Below are positions 37,097 through 47,385 of a DNA stretch of 64,000 bases, piece by piece. Source of the DNA: an uncultured Hyphomicrobium sp. (GTDB taxonomy: Bacteria; Pseudomonadota; Alphaproteobacteria; Rhizobiales; Hyphomicrobiaceae); NCBI GenBank assembly GCA_964508485.1, contig CAZDUD010000002.1, positions 2,469 to 66,468 on the forward strand, read 5' to 3'. The position numbers were made by a program, and so were the translations under genes. The notes under the pieces were generated by a model. That model was not told the DNA's origin and made no database searches. It was given only the letters and a program-made list of their open reading frames with translations. Within the stretch, counting starts at the first letter, position 1. The number at the start of each line of letters is the position of its first letter.

Positions 37097-37948
37097 TCAG
37101 GCCGCCTGATCGACCTTGAGCAGCGCGGGGACCGTCCGCAGGAGAATGAGCAGGTCGGCGCCGAAGGACCACTTAAGAACGTAATCGGCATCGAGCTTGA
37201 TGCGGTCCTCGTAGCTGACGCTGCTTCGGCCGCTCACCTGCCACGATCCGGTAATGCCGGGACGGGCGCTCAGATACTCGTGGACATGAGTCCCGTAGCG
37301 CTCCAGTTCCTCGGCCGACACCGGGCGTGGTCCGACGCAGCTCATTTCGCCGCGCAGAATATTGAGTAGCTGCGGCAACTCGTCGAGGCTCGATTTTCTG
37401 AGAAGTGATCCCAACCGCGTGACGCGCGGATCGTGGGTCAGTTTGCGGTTGAGGCGCCACTCCTCCGCTGCAGCGGGGTCGGCTTCAAGGTGCCGCGCAA
37501 GAACCTCGTCGCCGTTCGTAACCATCGAGCGGAACTTCAGGCAATAGAATTCCTTGCCGCCGAAGCCGACACGCCGATGGCCGTAGAAGACAGGCCCGCC
37601 CATGCCGATCTTCACGGCGAGCGCGACCGCCAGGATGAGCGGCAGTGCCACGATTCCGATAATGACGGCAGCCGCGATGTCCGCGATCCGCTTTCCGATC
37701 CCGCCGACAGGCGCAATGCCACGGCCGCCGAGCAAGAGCGGGCCGTCGACGGACCGCACGCCAGAGACGACCGGCAGTGGCTCGCATGGCTGAGTGGGGA
37801 TCGTCCCGCCAACGCGTGCAGCTCGGTTTGCGCTGAGCGAAAAACCTTCGAGCAATCGTCCGGAAAACGGACGGCGGACGGGAATATTTTTGTGTCCATT
37901 ATGCGGGCGCCCGACCGGGGCAAGATCCCGCGAGGAATCTATAAGCAT
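37097..37948 (-). CDS. Priming sugar-phosphate transferase, ExoY-like (copy 2)
   Basis: IGKRIAD, GHRRVGFGG..F.CLKFRSM, RKSSLDELPQL and GEMSCVGPRP. The start is uncertain. Confidence 0.92.
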   Translation of the reverse strand: MLIDSSRDLAPVGRPHNGHKNIPVRRPFSGRLLEGFSLSANRAARVGGTIPTQPCEPLPVVSGVRSVDGPLLLGGRGIAPVGGIGKRIADIAAAVIIGIVALPLILAVALAVKIGMGGPVFYGHRRVGFGGKEFYCLKFRSMVTNGDEVLARHLEADPAAAEEWRLNRKLTHDPRVTRLGSLLRKSSLDELPQLLNILRGEMSCVGPRPVSAEELERYGTHVHEYLSARPGITGSWQVSGRSSVSYEDRIKLDADYVLKWSFGADLLILLRTVPALLKVDQAA

Positions 37949-38476
37949 TAACAATACTCTCGCACCGGAGCTTGAAGCATCGTGCGTCACGATGAGGATT
38001 GTTGTCCGACAGGACGCTGCACTGCACAATCGCCGCAAAGGGAGTAGCAAGGGGCAATTCGATGGGTGAGACCTAAGCCAAATGGACAATTGCTATTCGA
38101 CGGCACGCAGCTCCACGCGAGCCGCGCTCGCGGCCTGCGATTGCCGTCGCCGGACGGGGAAGGCAGGTCTCCCGTGCGATGGCACTCGCGTCACGAGACC
38201 TCGTGCTGAACCGTCTCAGGGCAGGAGTGGGAACGGAGCCACTACGCGGCACGAAGGCCGCGCCTGTACTCCTTTTGAAGTGCTTAGGGCTTCGCAGTAT
38301 CGCTTATACCGTCCATGCAGGGCCGCTGCTCGATGTGCGTTAAGAGATTGCATTGGTTTTGTTTGAATTATCCGCCGCCATCGCGCCTGTGTAATGTCGG
38401 GGTGCGCGGCATGTGTCGCCGTTTCCGGTGAGCTTCGACTTCGCAACAGTGTGAAACTCCGCATGATGGGCGGCAA

Positions 38477-40048
38477 ATGACAACCGATGAAGTGTCGCTG
38501 GCATCCGCGTCGGGTTCCTCGATCGGGAAGCGACCGCAATGGCTCGCGGCCACGCTGATTGGCTGGGCGCTGGGTCGCCTGCTTCTCTTGCTTGCCGTCG
38601 CTTATGTCCTGAAGGACTGGATCCTGGACGCTCTCGGCGATCCCCACGCACTGACACTGTTCGTCATCAACGTCACGAGCACGCCCGTAGCCCGGATGCT
38701 GCTGTTCCTCGTATTCGGAATAGTGCTGACGGGCCTGTGCTACGGAGCCATGCGCACATGGCCGCGCGCCGGCTATGGAATTGCCGTTGTCGCCGCGGCG
38801 CTGCTGACGCTCGTGCTGTTCTATGCGTGCGAAACATCGCCAATGCGGGCTTTGCCGGTCATCGCGCTGCTCGCCGCGAATCTCATGCCGGACCGTCTGG
38901 TTGAGCGCCTGCTGCCGAATGGTGCGGCCCGTGGATACTTTCTGGCCCTCGCTGTCGGGGTGGCCGAGTTCTTCTTCCTAAGACACTTCCTGACTTGGGT
39001 CGCAGAGCTCTGGCGTGGACGACGGATCGGCGCATGGCATCCCTTGCTCGCCGCGTCTGCAGCCTCGTTTATTGCTGCGGGCGCAGCATCCGTCCTGATC
39101 CAATCGACAAAGCTCGCACCCGTCGAGCAAAGCATCAGAATGCCCGCCGAGGCGCGAATCGTGGCCCGAGGCGACTACAACTCGATCGACATCGACGCCA
39201 ACGCCCGTCACCTCTTTGTCACGGGCCATGGGGTGCCGCGGCTGCTGCGATACGACATCGCCGATTTCACGCGCGAGCCGGAAGCCGTTGCCGTCGATAC
39301 CGGGCATGCGCAGTCGTTCACGCAGGACCAACGGGCGCGCGAGATCTATCTCTACAACACCACGACGCGCGACCTCCTGACCTTCGACACCGATACGTTG
39401 GACCTCAAGAACTCGTTTCCGGTGCAGGGTCTGGCGACCGGTGATCCATGGCTCGCCGCTGACCGGCAGCGCAACGCCCTCGTGATCGTATCGGAAGCGG
39501 ATGAGGGCGACGGCGTGCCGTTTCTCACCCTCGATCTCTCAAACGGCGCCGTGCGGGACAAGCGTGATCTGGATGCCGGAAACCTGCTTTTGGTCGGCGA
39601 GACGGGGCGGCTTTACATGAGCTTCTTCCGCCGCCGCAATCAATTGATGCGCTACGACCTCTCGACGCTGACCATCGACAAGGAAGCGGACGTGCCGCCG
39701 CGTGCCGACCGGATGGCGTACGTGCCCGACAGGAACGAAGTACTGCTGACCGTGCCGGCGGCTTCGCGCATCGTGCGCTATGACGCTGAAACACTGGAGC
39801 ACAAGGGCGAGTTCAAAGCCATATTCGGGGTGAGGACCCTCGCGATCGACGCGGCGCGCAGGCTGTTGTTTTGCGGCAGCCTGGCGACAGGCGAGGTTGC
39901 GATCATCGATCTAGATACATTTGACATCCGCTCCCGCCATTATCTGGGCCCGTGGCTTCGCACCATCGTCGTCGACTCTTCCAGGGGCGCGGCCTACGTC
40001 TCCTCCAAGGGGTATCTTTACGAGCTGAAGTATGACTCGCCCAGATAG
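38477..40048 (+). CDS. Membrane protein with a C-terminal YncE/YVTN-like beta-propeller
   Basis: About 6 TMs, then roughly 40-aa repeats of the form LAxDxxxxxL(F/Y)V. Confidence 0.75.
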   Translation: MTTDEVSLASASGSSIGKRPQWLAATLIGWALGRLLLLLAVAYVLKDWILDALGDPHALTLFVINVTSTPVARMLLFLVFGIVLTGLCYGAMRTWPRAGYGIAVVAAALLTLVLFYACETSPMRALPVIALLAANLMPDRLVERLLPNGAARGYFLALAVGVAEFFFLRHFLTWVAELWRGRRIGAWHPLLAASAASFIAAGAASVLIQSTKLAPVEQSIRMPAEARIVARGDYNSIDIDANARHLFVTGHGVPRLLRYDIADFTREPEAVAVDTGHAQSFTQDQRAREIYLYNTTTRDLLTFDTDTLDLKNSFPVQGLATGDPWLAADRQRNALVIVSEADEGDGVPFLTLDLSNGAVRDKRDLDAGNLLLVGETGRLYMSFFRRRNQLMRYDLSTLTIDKEADVPPRADRMAYVPDRNEVLLTVPAASRIVRYDAETLEHKGEFKAIFGVRTLAIDAARRLLFCGSLATGEVAIIDLDTFDIRSRHYLGPWLRTIVVDSSRGAAYVSSKGYLYELKYDSPR

Positions 40049-41207
40049 CTCCTCGACAACAACGGTTCTGGTGTCGCCGGCGCCGCCCGACGCCCGGATG
40101 AGGGCCGGCTGGGCGACGCCGATCGCGGGTGCTCATGTCGGGGCCTTGGACGGAGTCCGCGGGCTCGCGATTCTTCTCGTCCTTGTCTTTCACTATGGCC
40201 GAAGCGCACGCGGCTTCGGCCTGGAAAATCCGATCCTCACGGCCAGCGAGTTCGGCTGGGTCGGAGTCGACCTCTTCTTTGTCTTGTCCGGCTTCCTGAT
40301 CACCGGGATCCTGTATGACGCGAAAGGCTCCGAGAAGTACTTCCGCAACTTCTATGCGCGCCGGTCGCTACGCATCTTTCCGCTCTACTATCTGGCGCTG
40401 GCTGTCGTCTTTGTGCTGGCCGCGTTGTGGCCGAGCGCCGGCGTCTGGCCGACGTTCAACCCGCTCTGGTTTGTATTCTATCTCTCGAACGTCGCAATGG
40501 TCACCGAGGCCCCGCTGAGCGCCGGGATACTCGGTCATTTCTGGTCGCTGGCCATTGAGGAGCACTTCTATCTCGCGTGGCCGCTGATCGTGCTTCTGGC
40601 CTCGCGACGCCAGCTCATGGCGATCGCGGCCGGTCTGGTCGCGTTCTCTCTGACCGCTCGCGTGCTGCTCGGGTTGAGTGGTGCGCCGTCACAGGCGCTC
40701 TACGTCCTTACGCCCCTGCGGTTCGACGCACTCGCCGTCGGAGCCATTTGCAGTCTGGCGATCAGAGGGCAGGGCGGCTTGGCACCGTTGATCCGCCCCG
40801 CATGGATTGCGATGCTGTCCTGTGGCGCAGCCGTGGTCCTGATCGTCCTGCTGACGCGGTCATTCTCCCCCGACAACGGCCCGATGCAGATGTTCGGCTT
40901 CACCCCGCTTGCATTCGCATTTGGAGGATTGTTGCTCGTTGCCCTGAGCTTCAGGCCGGCAAATCTCGTTTTCTCACACCCGATCCTGCGCTGGTTCGGA
41001 CGTTACAGCTACGGCCTCTATGTGTGGCATCCGATCATCAACGTCATTCTGTTCTATACGCCGCTCAAAGCGGCCCTGGGGATAGAAGGCACGCTGAGCA
41101 GCATCCTCTACCTTGTGGTCTCGTTCATCATCTGCCTCGCCGTCGCACTCGCCAGCTATCACCTCTGGGAAAAGAAATTCCTGGCTTACAAGCGCCGCTT
41201 CCACTAG
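40032..41207 (+). CDS. Acyltransferase-3 (OafA-like) O-acyltransferase
   Basis: LDGVRGLAILLV, GVDLFFVLSGFLI, RR.LRIFPLYY, HFWSLAIEEHFY and SYGLYVWH. Confidence 0.92.
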   Translation: MTRPDSSSTTTVLVSPAPPDARMRAGWATPIAGAHVGALDGVRGLAILLVLVFHYGRSARGFGLENPILTASEFGWVGVDLFFVLSGFLITGILYDAKGSEKYFRNFYARRSLRIFPLYYLALAVVFVLAALWPSAGVWPTFNPLWFVFYLSNVAMVTEAPLSAGILGHFWSLAIEEHFYLAWPLIVLLASRRQLMAIAAGLVAFSLTARVLLGLSGAPSQALYVLTPLRFDALAVGAICSLAIRGQGGLAPLIRPAWIAMLSCGAAVVLIVLLTRSFSPDNGPMQMFGFTPLAFAFGGLLLVALSFRPANLVFSHPILRWFGRYSYGLYVWHPIINVILFYTPLKAALGIEGTLSSILYLVVSFIICLAVALASYHLWEKKFLAYKRRFH

Positions 41208-41222
41208 CGCGCTTGCCGCACC

Positions 41223-42233
41223 CTAGGGGGCAGGCTGACCGTTGCCGCTCTCAAGGGTTCTGGCTGCAGAGGTCGTCTGTTCGACGATGAACCGGGGCCG
41301 CCGCTTCACCTCGAGATAGATCTTGCCGATATACTCTCCGAGAACGCCGATCGACATGATCTGAAGACCGCCGAGAAAGAGCAGCGGCAGCACCGTGGAC
41401 GCCCAGCCGGGTATCGTCCGCTCGGGCGTGAAGAGCCGCTCCGCCAGATAGTATGTCCCAAGCAGCATTGAGACGACGAACACCACCCCGCCCAGGAGGG
41501 CGATGAACCTCAACGGGGCGACGGAAAACGATGTAACTCCGTCGGCCGCGAGCCGGAGCATTTTTCGCAGCGTGTACTTCGTCTCGCCGGCCGTGCGCTG
41601 CATGCGCGTGTAAGGGACCAGGACAACCGGAAACCCGAGCATCGGGATCAACCCCCGGAGAAAGAGGTTGACCTCCTTGTGTTCCAAAAGCGCCGCAAGG
41701 GCGCGCTTCGACATCAGACGGAAATCGGCGTGGTTCTTGACGATGTTCACGCCGAGCAGCGCCAGGATGCTGTAGTAGGCCCCCGCGGTGCTCCGCTTGG
41801 CGGCAGTGTCGCTCGATCTGTCGCTGCGAACGCCAAGCGCGAGGTCCGAGCCGTTCTCATACGCGGCCAACATCGCATTGATGGCTCCGATGTCATCCTG
41901 GAGATCCGCGTCCATCGTGATCACGACGTCGGCTGTAGCCGCCGACAGACCGGACAGCATCGCCGCCTGATGGCCGAAGTTTCTCGCGAGCTTGATGCCT
42001 TCCACCTCCGGGTTCTGGGCGGACAGCCCGGAAATGATGCTCCACGTCTCGTCCTTGCTGCCGTCATCGACCAAAAGCACGCGGAAAGACGCGAGCCGGT
42101 TTGTCGAGCTGGCCACGAGCTTCCTGAAGTGCGCAATTATTTGTGGAGCGGTGATCGGCAGCGCATCCTGCTCGTTGTAGCAGGGCACTACGATATCAGC
42201 GCTGTAGTTGTGTCGGTTCGGCAGCACCGGCAA
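41223..42233 (-). CDS. GtrB-like polyprenyl-phosphate glycosyltransferase (GT2)
   Basis: VPCYNE, VDDGSKD, RNFGHQ, MDADLQD, DFRLMS, two C-terminal TMs and GEYIGKIY.EVKRRP. Confidence 0.92.
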   Translation of the reverse strand: MPVLPNRHNYSADIVVPCYNEQDALPITAPQIIAHFRKLVASSTNRLASFRVLLVDDGSKDETWSIISGLSAQNPEVEGIKLARNFGHQAAMLSGLSAATADVVITMDADLQDDIGAINAMLAAYENGSDLALGVRSDRSSDTAAKRSTAGAYYSILALLGVNIVKNHADFRLMSKRALAALLEHKEVNLFLRGLIPMLGFPVVLVPYTRMQRTAGETKYTLRKMLRLAADGVTSFSVAPLRFIALLGGVVFVVSMLLGTYYLAERLFTPERTIPGWASTVLPLLFLGGLQIMSIGVLGEYIGKIYLEVKRRPRFIVEQTTSAARTLESGNGQPAP

Positions 42234-42630
42234 AAACCCATAATTTCATAAGAAGGAAAAAGATGATGTTGTAGGTGATCATGCCCGCCGCCTGGGGGAC
42301 GAGCGTATGAATGGCGCCAAGCGGGGCAGACAGAATAAGGACAACCAGGTTAAGGCCGTATGCAACTCCAAACGACACCAGGAATGGCAGAAGTGAATTG
42401 TCGCGGGTCGCCTTGAAGGTGAACCGCTTGTTCATGACGAAGCTGTTGACCAACCCAAGCCCGAAGCCCGCAATGTTGCAGAGCACGGGGTGCAGACCGG
42501 CGAACGTGAGGACTGTAATCGTGATTGCCGTGATGAGCGTGTTCAAAGCGCCGATAATGCCGAAACTGGTTAGTTGCCTGCGGATCGACACTGGCCACCC
42601 GATTTTTTGTAGCATCCCGAGCAAAAGCAT
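42196..42630 (-). CDS. GtrA-family flippase
   Basis: Four TMs, FGIIGALNT and NSFVMNKRFTF; overlaps the GtrB-like start. Confidence 0.85.
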   Translation of the reverse strand: MLLLGMLQKIGWPVSIRRQLTSFGIIGALNTLITAITITVLTFAGLHPVLCNIAGFGLGLVNSFVMNKRFTFKATRDNSLLPFLVSFGVAYGLNLVVLILSAPLGAIHTLVPQAAGMITYNIIFFLLMKLWVFAGAAEPTQLQR

Positions 42631-42897
42631 AGCTTCCGCCGATGTCAAGCAGGCTTGCCCGGAATGCTGAATTGGGGGCCGCCCGATGAGCGGAACCGCG
42701 CTCCGAAGCCGTCTTGGCGTTTATTAGTAACTGGTCTGTACGTTATCCATTTGATCAGGGTGCGGGATAGGCTAGAAACCGCGGGCTCTTCTCGGATGAT
42801 AAGGCATCTCCAATCCTGAGGATATTGTTCAGTTCCTCTTTGCGCGATCGAACGGCGCCGCGTCGGTCGGTAGCGACTTATCAATAATAGGCTGGAT

Positions 42898-44043
42898 ATG
42901 AAGACCCTCGTCGTTTTCGGGACGCGCCCGGAAGCCATTAAGATGGCGCCCGTCGTTAAGGCGCTGGAGCGCGAGCCGGATATCGCGGTCGAGGTCTGCG
43001 TCACGGCGCAGCATCGCCAGATGCTCGACCAAGTGCTCGCTCTGTTCGAGATAACGCCGGACTATGACCTCGACATCATGACGGCGGCGCAGGGCCTGAC
43101 CGACATCACGTGCGCGATCCTCAGCAAGATGGAGCCGGTGCTGGCCAAGGCAAAGCCGGATCGCGTTCTCGTGCACGGCGACACCACGACGACGCTGGCT
43201 GCGACACTCGCCTGCTACTACCAGAAAATCCCCGTCGCACACGTTGAGGCGGGCCTGCGCTCAGGCAATCCGCTCCAGCCCTGGCCGGAGGAGATCAACC
43301 GCCGTGTCACGGATGCGATTACCGATCTGTTCTTCGCCCCGACGGTCAGCTCGCGCGAGAACCTTCTGGCTGAGAACGCAGACCCTGCCCGTGTGCACGT
43401 CACGGGGAACACGGTCATAGATGCGCTGCTCGCAACGACCAGGATCATCGACGAGCGGCCCGATCTCCGGGTGTCCCTGCAGCAGCAATTCTCCTTCCTC
43501 GATGCAGGCCGGCCGGTCCTGCTGGTGACGGGGCATCGGCGCGAGAACTTCGGCGAGCCGTTCCAGATGCTTTGCGGTGCGATCGCCGATCTCGCGCGAG
43601 CGCACAAGCTGCAGGTCGTCTATCCTGTGCACCTCAACCCGAATGTGCAGGCGCCGGTGCGAAACATTCTCGGCGGCGTCGATAACGTGCATCTCATCGA
43701 GCCGTTGGACTACCTGCCGTTCGTGTATCTCATGCAGCGCTCCTACGTCATTCTGACGGACAGCGGCGGCATCCAGGAGGAAGCACCATCCCTGGGCAAG
43801 CCGGTCTTTGTCATGCGCAACGTGACCGAAAGACCGGAGGCCGTCGCGGCCGGCACAGTCCGCCTCGTCGGAACGGACCGGAAACGCATCTTCGATAGCG
43901 TCTCGGACGTGCTCGTCGACGAGGCGCGATATCTTGCGATGTCGCGTATCCACAACCCATACGGCGACGGCGGGGCGAGCGAGAGGATTGCCGGCGTTCT
44001 CGCTGGACGCCCGATCGAGGAATGGCACGGTCTTCGCACTTGA
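42898..44043 (+). CDS. wecB: UDP-N-acetylglucosamine 2-epimerase (non-hydrolysing)
   Basis: [42 protein letters not shown] and NPYGDG. Confidence 0.96.
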   Translation: MKTLVVFGTRPEAIKMAPVVKALEREPDIAVEVCVTAQHRQMLDQVLALFEITPDYDLDIMTAAQGLTDITCAILSKMEPVLAKAKPDRVLVHGDTTTTLAATLACYYQKIPVAHVEAGLRSGNPLQPWPEEINRRVTDAITDLFFAPTVSSRENLLAENADPARVHVTGNTVIDALLATTRIIDERPDLRVSLQQQFSFLDAGRPVLLVTGHRRENFGEPFQMLCGAIADLARAHKLQVVYPVHLNPNVQAPVRNILGGVDNVHLIEPLDYLPFVYLMQRSYVILTDSGGIQEEAPSLGKPVFVMRNVTERPEAVAAGTVRLVGTDRKRIFDSVSDVLVDEARYLAMSRIHNPYGDGGASERIAGVLAGRPIEEWHGLRT

Positions 44044-44143
44044 TCTGGCGCTGAGCACCGAGCCGTTTCGGGCTGCGGCGCTTGCTTAACCACGCCTTGG
44101 ATCCTTCTGGCAGCACAACGCACGAATACGTATTGGTGGTGCA

Positions 44144-45865
44144 ATGACAACCGCGCTCCCCGGCAAATCGAACGGCCCCTACATTGACCTGCGTTCCGAG
44201 CGCGGCCGTACGATCGCAGCCTTCTGTCTGCTCGTCGTCTTCTTTTTCATGGCGGGCGTGACCGATAGGTCCGAAGCGGTCGATTCTCTCCGTTTCTCCG
44301 CCGACGCTGAGGTCGCTCCATTCTGGAGCAATCCAGACGCGAGAATGATGCTCTTCTATCGTGTCAATCGCATTGTATTCCGTGCCGTTGACAGCTTGGG
44401 ACTCGGTTTAAGCACTCACACCGTGCTGGGCTGGCTCGGATCGATACTTGCGGCGGGGGCGGTCCTTCTTCAATTCCGGCTTCTGAAGGTAACATTCAAG
44501 CTGTCGGCGACGGCCAGCATCGCTGGCGCGCTGACGCTTGCGGTCTCATACGGCTTCCTGCGATACGCCAACGAGGTGGAAGTTTACGCGGGGTCCGCGT
44601 TCCTTATCCTGCTTTGTCTCAACCTGCTCTTTCATGGTCTCGAGAAGGTTCCGTTCAAAGTCAGCCAAGCCGTCCTGCTGGGAGTGATCTCCGGTCTCGC
44701 GGTTGCCTACTATCAGCCGATAGCGTTCCCGCTGTTCTGGGCGGCCGCCGTATTGTTCCTGTACAAGCGCTACTTCGTGCAGTACCTCGCCTATGGCGCC
44801 GCAGGTGTCGGTGTCTACGCGCTCTGTGTCGTCGCAGCACTTTGGGCAGAACACGGGCATGCGCCGTCTATTCGTGAGGCAGCAGATCTCCTGCTGTCGC
44901 GGACACAGGAGTTCGCTCCTCCCGCGCTCGGGATCATGTCCCTTGCAAAGGCTGCTCTGAGCACGCTCCACGACTTTGCATCGATGACGTGGCTGTACGG
45001 CTTTCCGTGGGTGGAAGAGTTCATCAAGCAGTCATTGCCGTATCACTATTTCCACGCTGAAAAATTGTTCTTCGCCGCCCGCAGCTATGGATTCTCGTGG
45101 CTTGCCGCCGGAACCTTTGTTGCCGCCATGGTTTGGCTTGCTTACCTCGCGGTGGCGGCGATCCGCGAAAAGCAGCATCGGCCGATCGATATAAATATTG
45201 TCTTTGTATTCGCGTGGCTTGTGTGCGCCGCGGTGCCAAGCCTCATCCTCAATCCGTCGGAGACGGAGGTCTGGATCCTATGTCTCCCGCCGATCGCAGC
45301 GATCATGGCCATGTTGATCTACGAGCCCTTGAGAGCCAGGCCGTGGAAGCTGGCCGTGATGCTCGCGCTGCTCCTGATCCATAATTTCATCGGCGGCATC
45401 GCGGTATTCCGAAGCGGGAAGGGAGATCTCTACGCGAGCCGTACGAGTTGGGTACGCGAGAACGGCGAGAGAGGGGATTGGCTGCTGACGCCCCACGTCT
45501 GGCAAGGTGGACTTCGGGTGCTGATGTATCCGATCGCTCGAAAGCCGGACCAGCGCATCGATGATCAGTTCTTTAACTTCATAGTGTTTCGCAACGACAC
45601 GGCGATTGTGAAGCAGTGGGGGAATGATGTCGTGCTTTCGTCGGATGAAGTCTTGCGTACCTTGAAGGCCGCGGGCGGACGCATCTTTGTTCTGGATTCG
45701 ACCTTTTATCCATGGCCATTGCCGCCAGCGAAGAATAGTGACGAAAAATATCTGAAGCTGGGCAAGCTCCTGAGCGCCCACGCCAAGGTCGTGGACGAGC
45801 GGTCCGGCGGAAGAACCCTCGAAATAGACAAGGCAGGGCTGCCGGATGCTTTGCCCGAGAATTGA
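44144..45865 (+). CDS. Polytopic membrane protein, putative GT-C (PMT/GtrC-like) transferase
   Basis: About 11 TMs plus a soluble C-terminal domain. Acidic loop EAVD after TM1 and YANEVEVYA; visibly more AT-rich than its flanks. Confidence 0.65.
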   Translation: MTTALPGKSNGPYIDLRSERGRTIAAFCLLVVFFFMAGVTDRSEAVDSLRFSADAEVAPFWSNPDARMMLFYRVNRIVFRAVDSLGLGLSTHTVLGWLGSILAAGAVLLQFRLLKVTFKLSATASIAGALTLAVSYGFLRYANEVEVYAGSAFLILLCLNLLFHGLEKVPFKVSQAVLLGVISGLAVAYYQPIAFPLFWAAAVLFLYKRYFVQYLAYGAAGVGVYALCVVAALWAEHGHAPSIREAADLLLSRTQEFAPPALGIMSLAKAALSTLHDFASMTWLYGFPWVEEFIKQSLPYHYFHAEKLFFAARSYGFSWLAAGTFVAAMVWLAYLAVAAIREKQHRPIDINIVFVFAWLVCAAVPSLILNPSETEVWILCLPPIAAIMAMLIYEPLRARPWKLAVMLALLLIHNFIGGIAVFRSGKGDLYASRTSWVRENGERGDWLLTPHVWQGGLRVLMYPIARKPDQRIDDQFFNFIVFRNDTAIVKQWGNDVVLSSDEVLRTLKAAGGRIFVLDSTFYPWPLPPAKNSDEKYLKLGKLLSAHAKVVDERSGGRTLEIDKAGLPDALPEN

Positions 45866-45903
45866 TCTCAAGCAGCGCGAGAGCGGTCCATGCAGCTCGC
45901 TGT

Positions 45904-46908
45904 TCAGGCTGCGGATGCGGCCTGCCGGAACTCCGCCGCGCGCCGCGGAACCGCGCCTTGGGTCTTGATGGCGCGGGCATGCGCGCCCATCGGCAGCACA
46001 TCGAAGCGGCGGGCGTAGTCCGCGAGCAGGTCGTCTGCTATGGCAACCTTGTCGCGGCCGGAAAGCGTCATGCCCGGGAAAAAGCCGAGTGCCGGGATGT
46101 CGTCGCCGCCGAGGAAGTCGAGCGGATGCAGGAGCAGGGAGGGCTCGATACCTCTGAGCCGGCAAAGCCTGAGCGCCGTCGCGAAATAGGCGCGTGCTAG
46201 CGGCCGCGAGTATCCGGCGAGATACATGATGTAGCTCAGATGAAACGGCACGCGCGCCACCGGCATCGTGGTCACCGGAATTTCCAGCAGGGTACCGTTG
46301 GCGAGCTGCCACTCGTAAGGGTTCAAGGGACGCAGGCCATCCGACACCGTGCCGTAGAGCGAGGCCCGCTTCTCGCGCTCGGCCTTCGAAAAGTTCGCGT
46401 TGAGAAAGTAGTAGGCCCGCGCAACGGGGCCGAGGAAAGTAGGGAACGTCGACGCGTCGTACTCGTAGCCTCGCGCCTTGAGGGTCTCGAGCACGGTCTT
46501 TGAGATGGAGAAGCCAGGCCCCCGGAAGCCTGTTGGCCTCACCCCTGTCGCCGCAACAATCGCGTCCTCTGTGCGGGCGATTTCGGCGTCCACCTCATCG
46601 GCCGTGTAGAGGTGCAGCCACGGTTCGTGATGGAAGGAGTGATTGGCGATCTCATGGCCAGCCTCCGCGATCGACCGCAGAGCCTGATAGTTCTTCTCGA
46701 GCGCGGCGTCCTGGCCCACGACGAAGAAAGTGATCGTGAGGTTATGGCGGCGAAGCACCTCGAGGATGCGCGGCACGACGAGGTCGAGATAGGATGGAAA
46801 CGATTGCCATCCGTCGTCGCCGTGGGTCCTCATGTAGGCCCACTGGTTGTCGAGGTCGAGCGACAAGCTTGCCTTCGGCCTGCCTGCGCCCGGATCGTGA
46901 GCCGCCAT
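45904..46908 (-). CDS. Polysaccharide deacetylase (NodB/CE4-type)
   Basis: SLSLDLD, TFFVVG, HEIANHSFHH, GFRGPG and YDAS. Confidence 0.88.
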   Translation of the reverse strand: MAAHDPGAGRPKASLSLDLDNQWAYMRTHGDDGWQSFPSYLDLVVPRILEVLRRHNLTITFFVVGQDAALEKNYQALRSIAEAGHEIANHSFHHEPWLHLYTADEVDAEIARTEDAIVAATGVRPTGFRGPGFSISKTVLETLKARGYEYDASTFPTFLGPVARAYYFLNANFSKAEREKRASLYGTVSDGLRPLNPYEWQLANGTLLEIPVTTMPVARVPFHLSYIMYLAGYSRPLARAYFATALRLCRLRGIEPSLLLHPLDFLGGDDIPALGFFPGMTLSGRDKVAIADDLLADYARRFDVLPMGAHARAIKTQGAVPRRAAEFRQAASAA

Positions 46909-46952
46909 GGCGTTCCTACTTGCGTTGTTGGGCCCAACGGGCCGCCAGGACT

Positions 46953-47372
46953 TCAGCTTCCCGAATGATGCGACGTCTCAACCAGAGGCTTGCCGTCCGC
47001 AAGCTGCGGGGCAACCTTGCTGGCCGATGTGATCAGAAGAATCCCGGCGATCACCAGCACGGCTCCGGCAAGCGTCTGAAACCGAAGCGGCTCGCCGAGT
47101 ATGACCGGCGAAAGCACCATGATGCCGACCAGCGATAGGGATATGACGAACGAGTAGGAGACCGTGAGCTCGATCTGGCGCAGCGCCAGCAGATAGCTGC
47201 TCAGCAGCACCGCGCAGCAGAGCACGGCCATCCATAGATAAGGGTTCAAGGCGAAGCGCAGCAGCGAGCCGAAAGAGATTTCGCTCGGAAATCCCGCCAT
47301 GGCGGCCTTGAACAGGAAATTCGACGAGATGTTTGCGACAACCGCCAACATCAACAGGATCCAACCTAGCAT
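46953..47372 (-). CDS. SMR/EamA-type four-TM transporter (ArnE/ArnF-like)
   Basis: Four TMs, NPYL, L..IELTVSY and LGEP...AG..L...GI. Confidence 0.8.
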   Translation of the reverse strand: MLGWILLMLAVVANISSNFLFKAAMAGFPSEISFGSLLRFALNPYLWMAVLCCAVLLSSYLLALRQIELTVSYSFVISLSLVGIMVLSPVILGEPLRFQTLAGAVLVIAGILLITSASKVAPQLADGKPLVETSHHSGS

Positions 47373-47385
47373 TCATTACCTCTGA

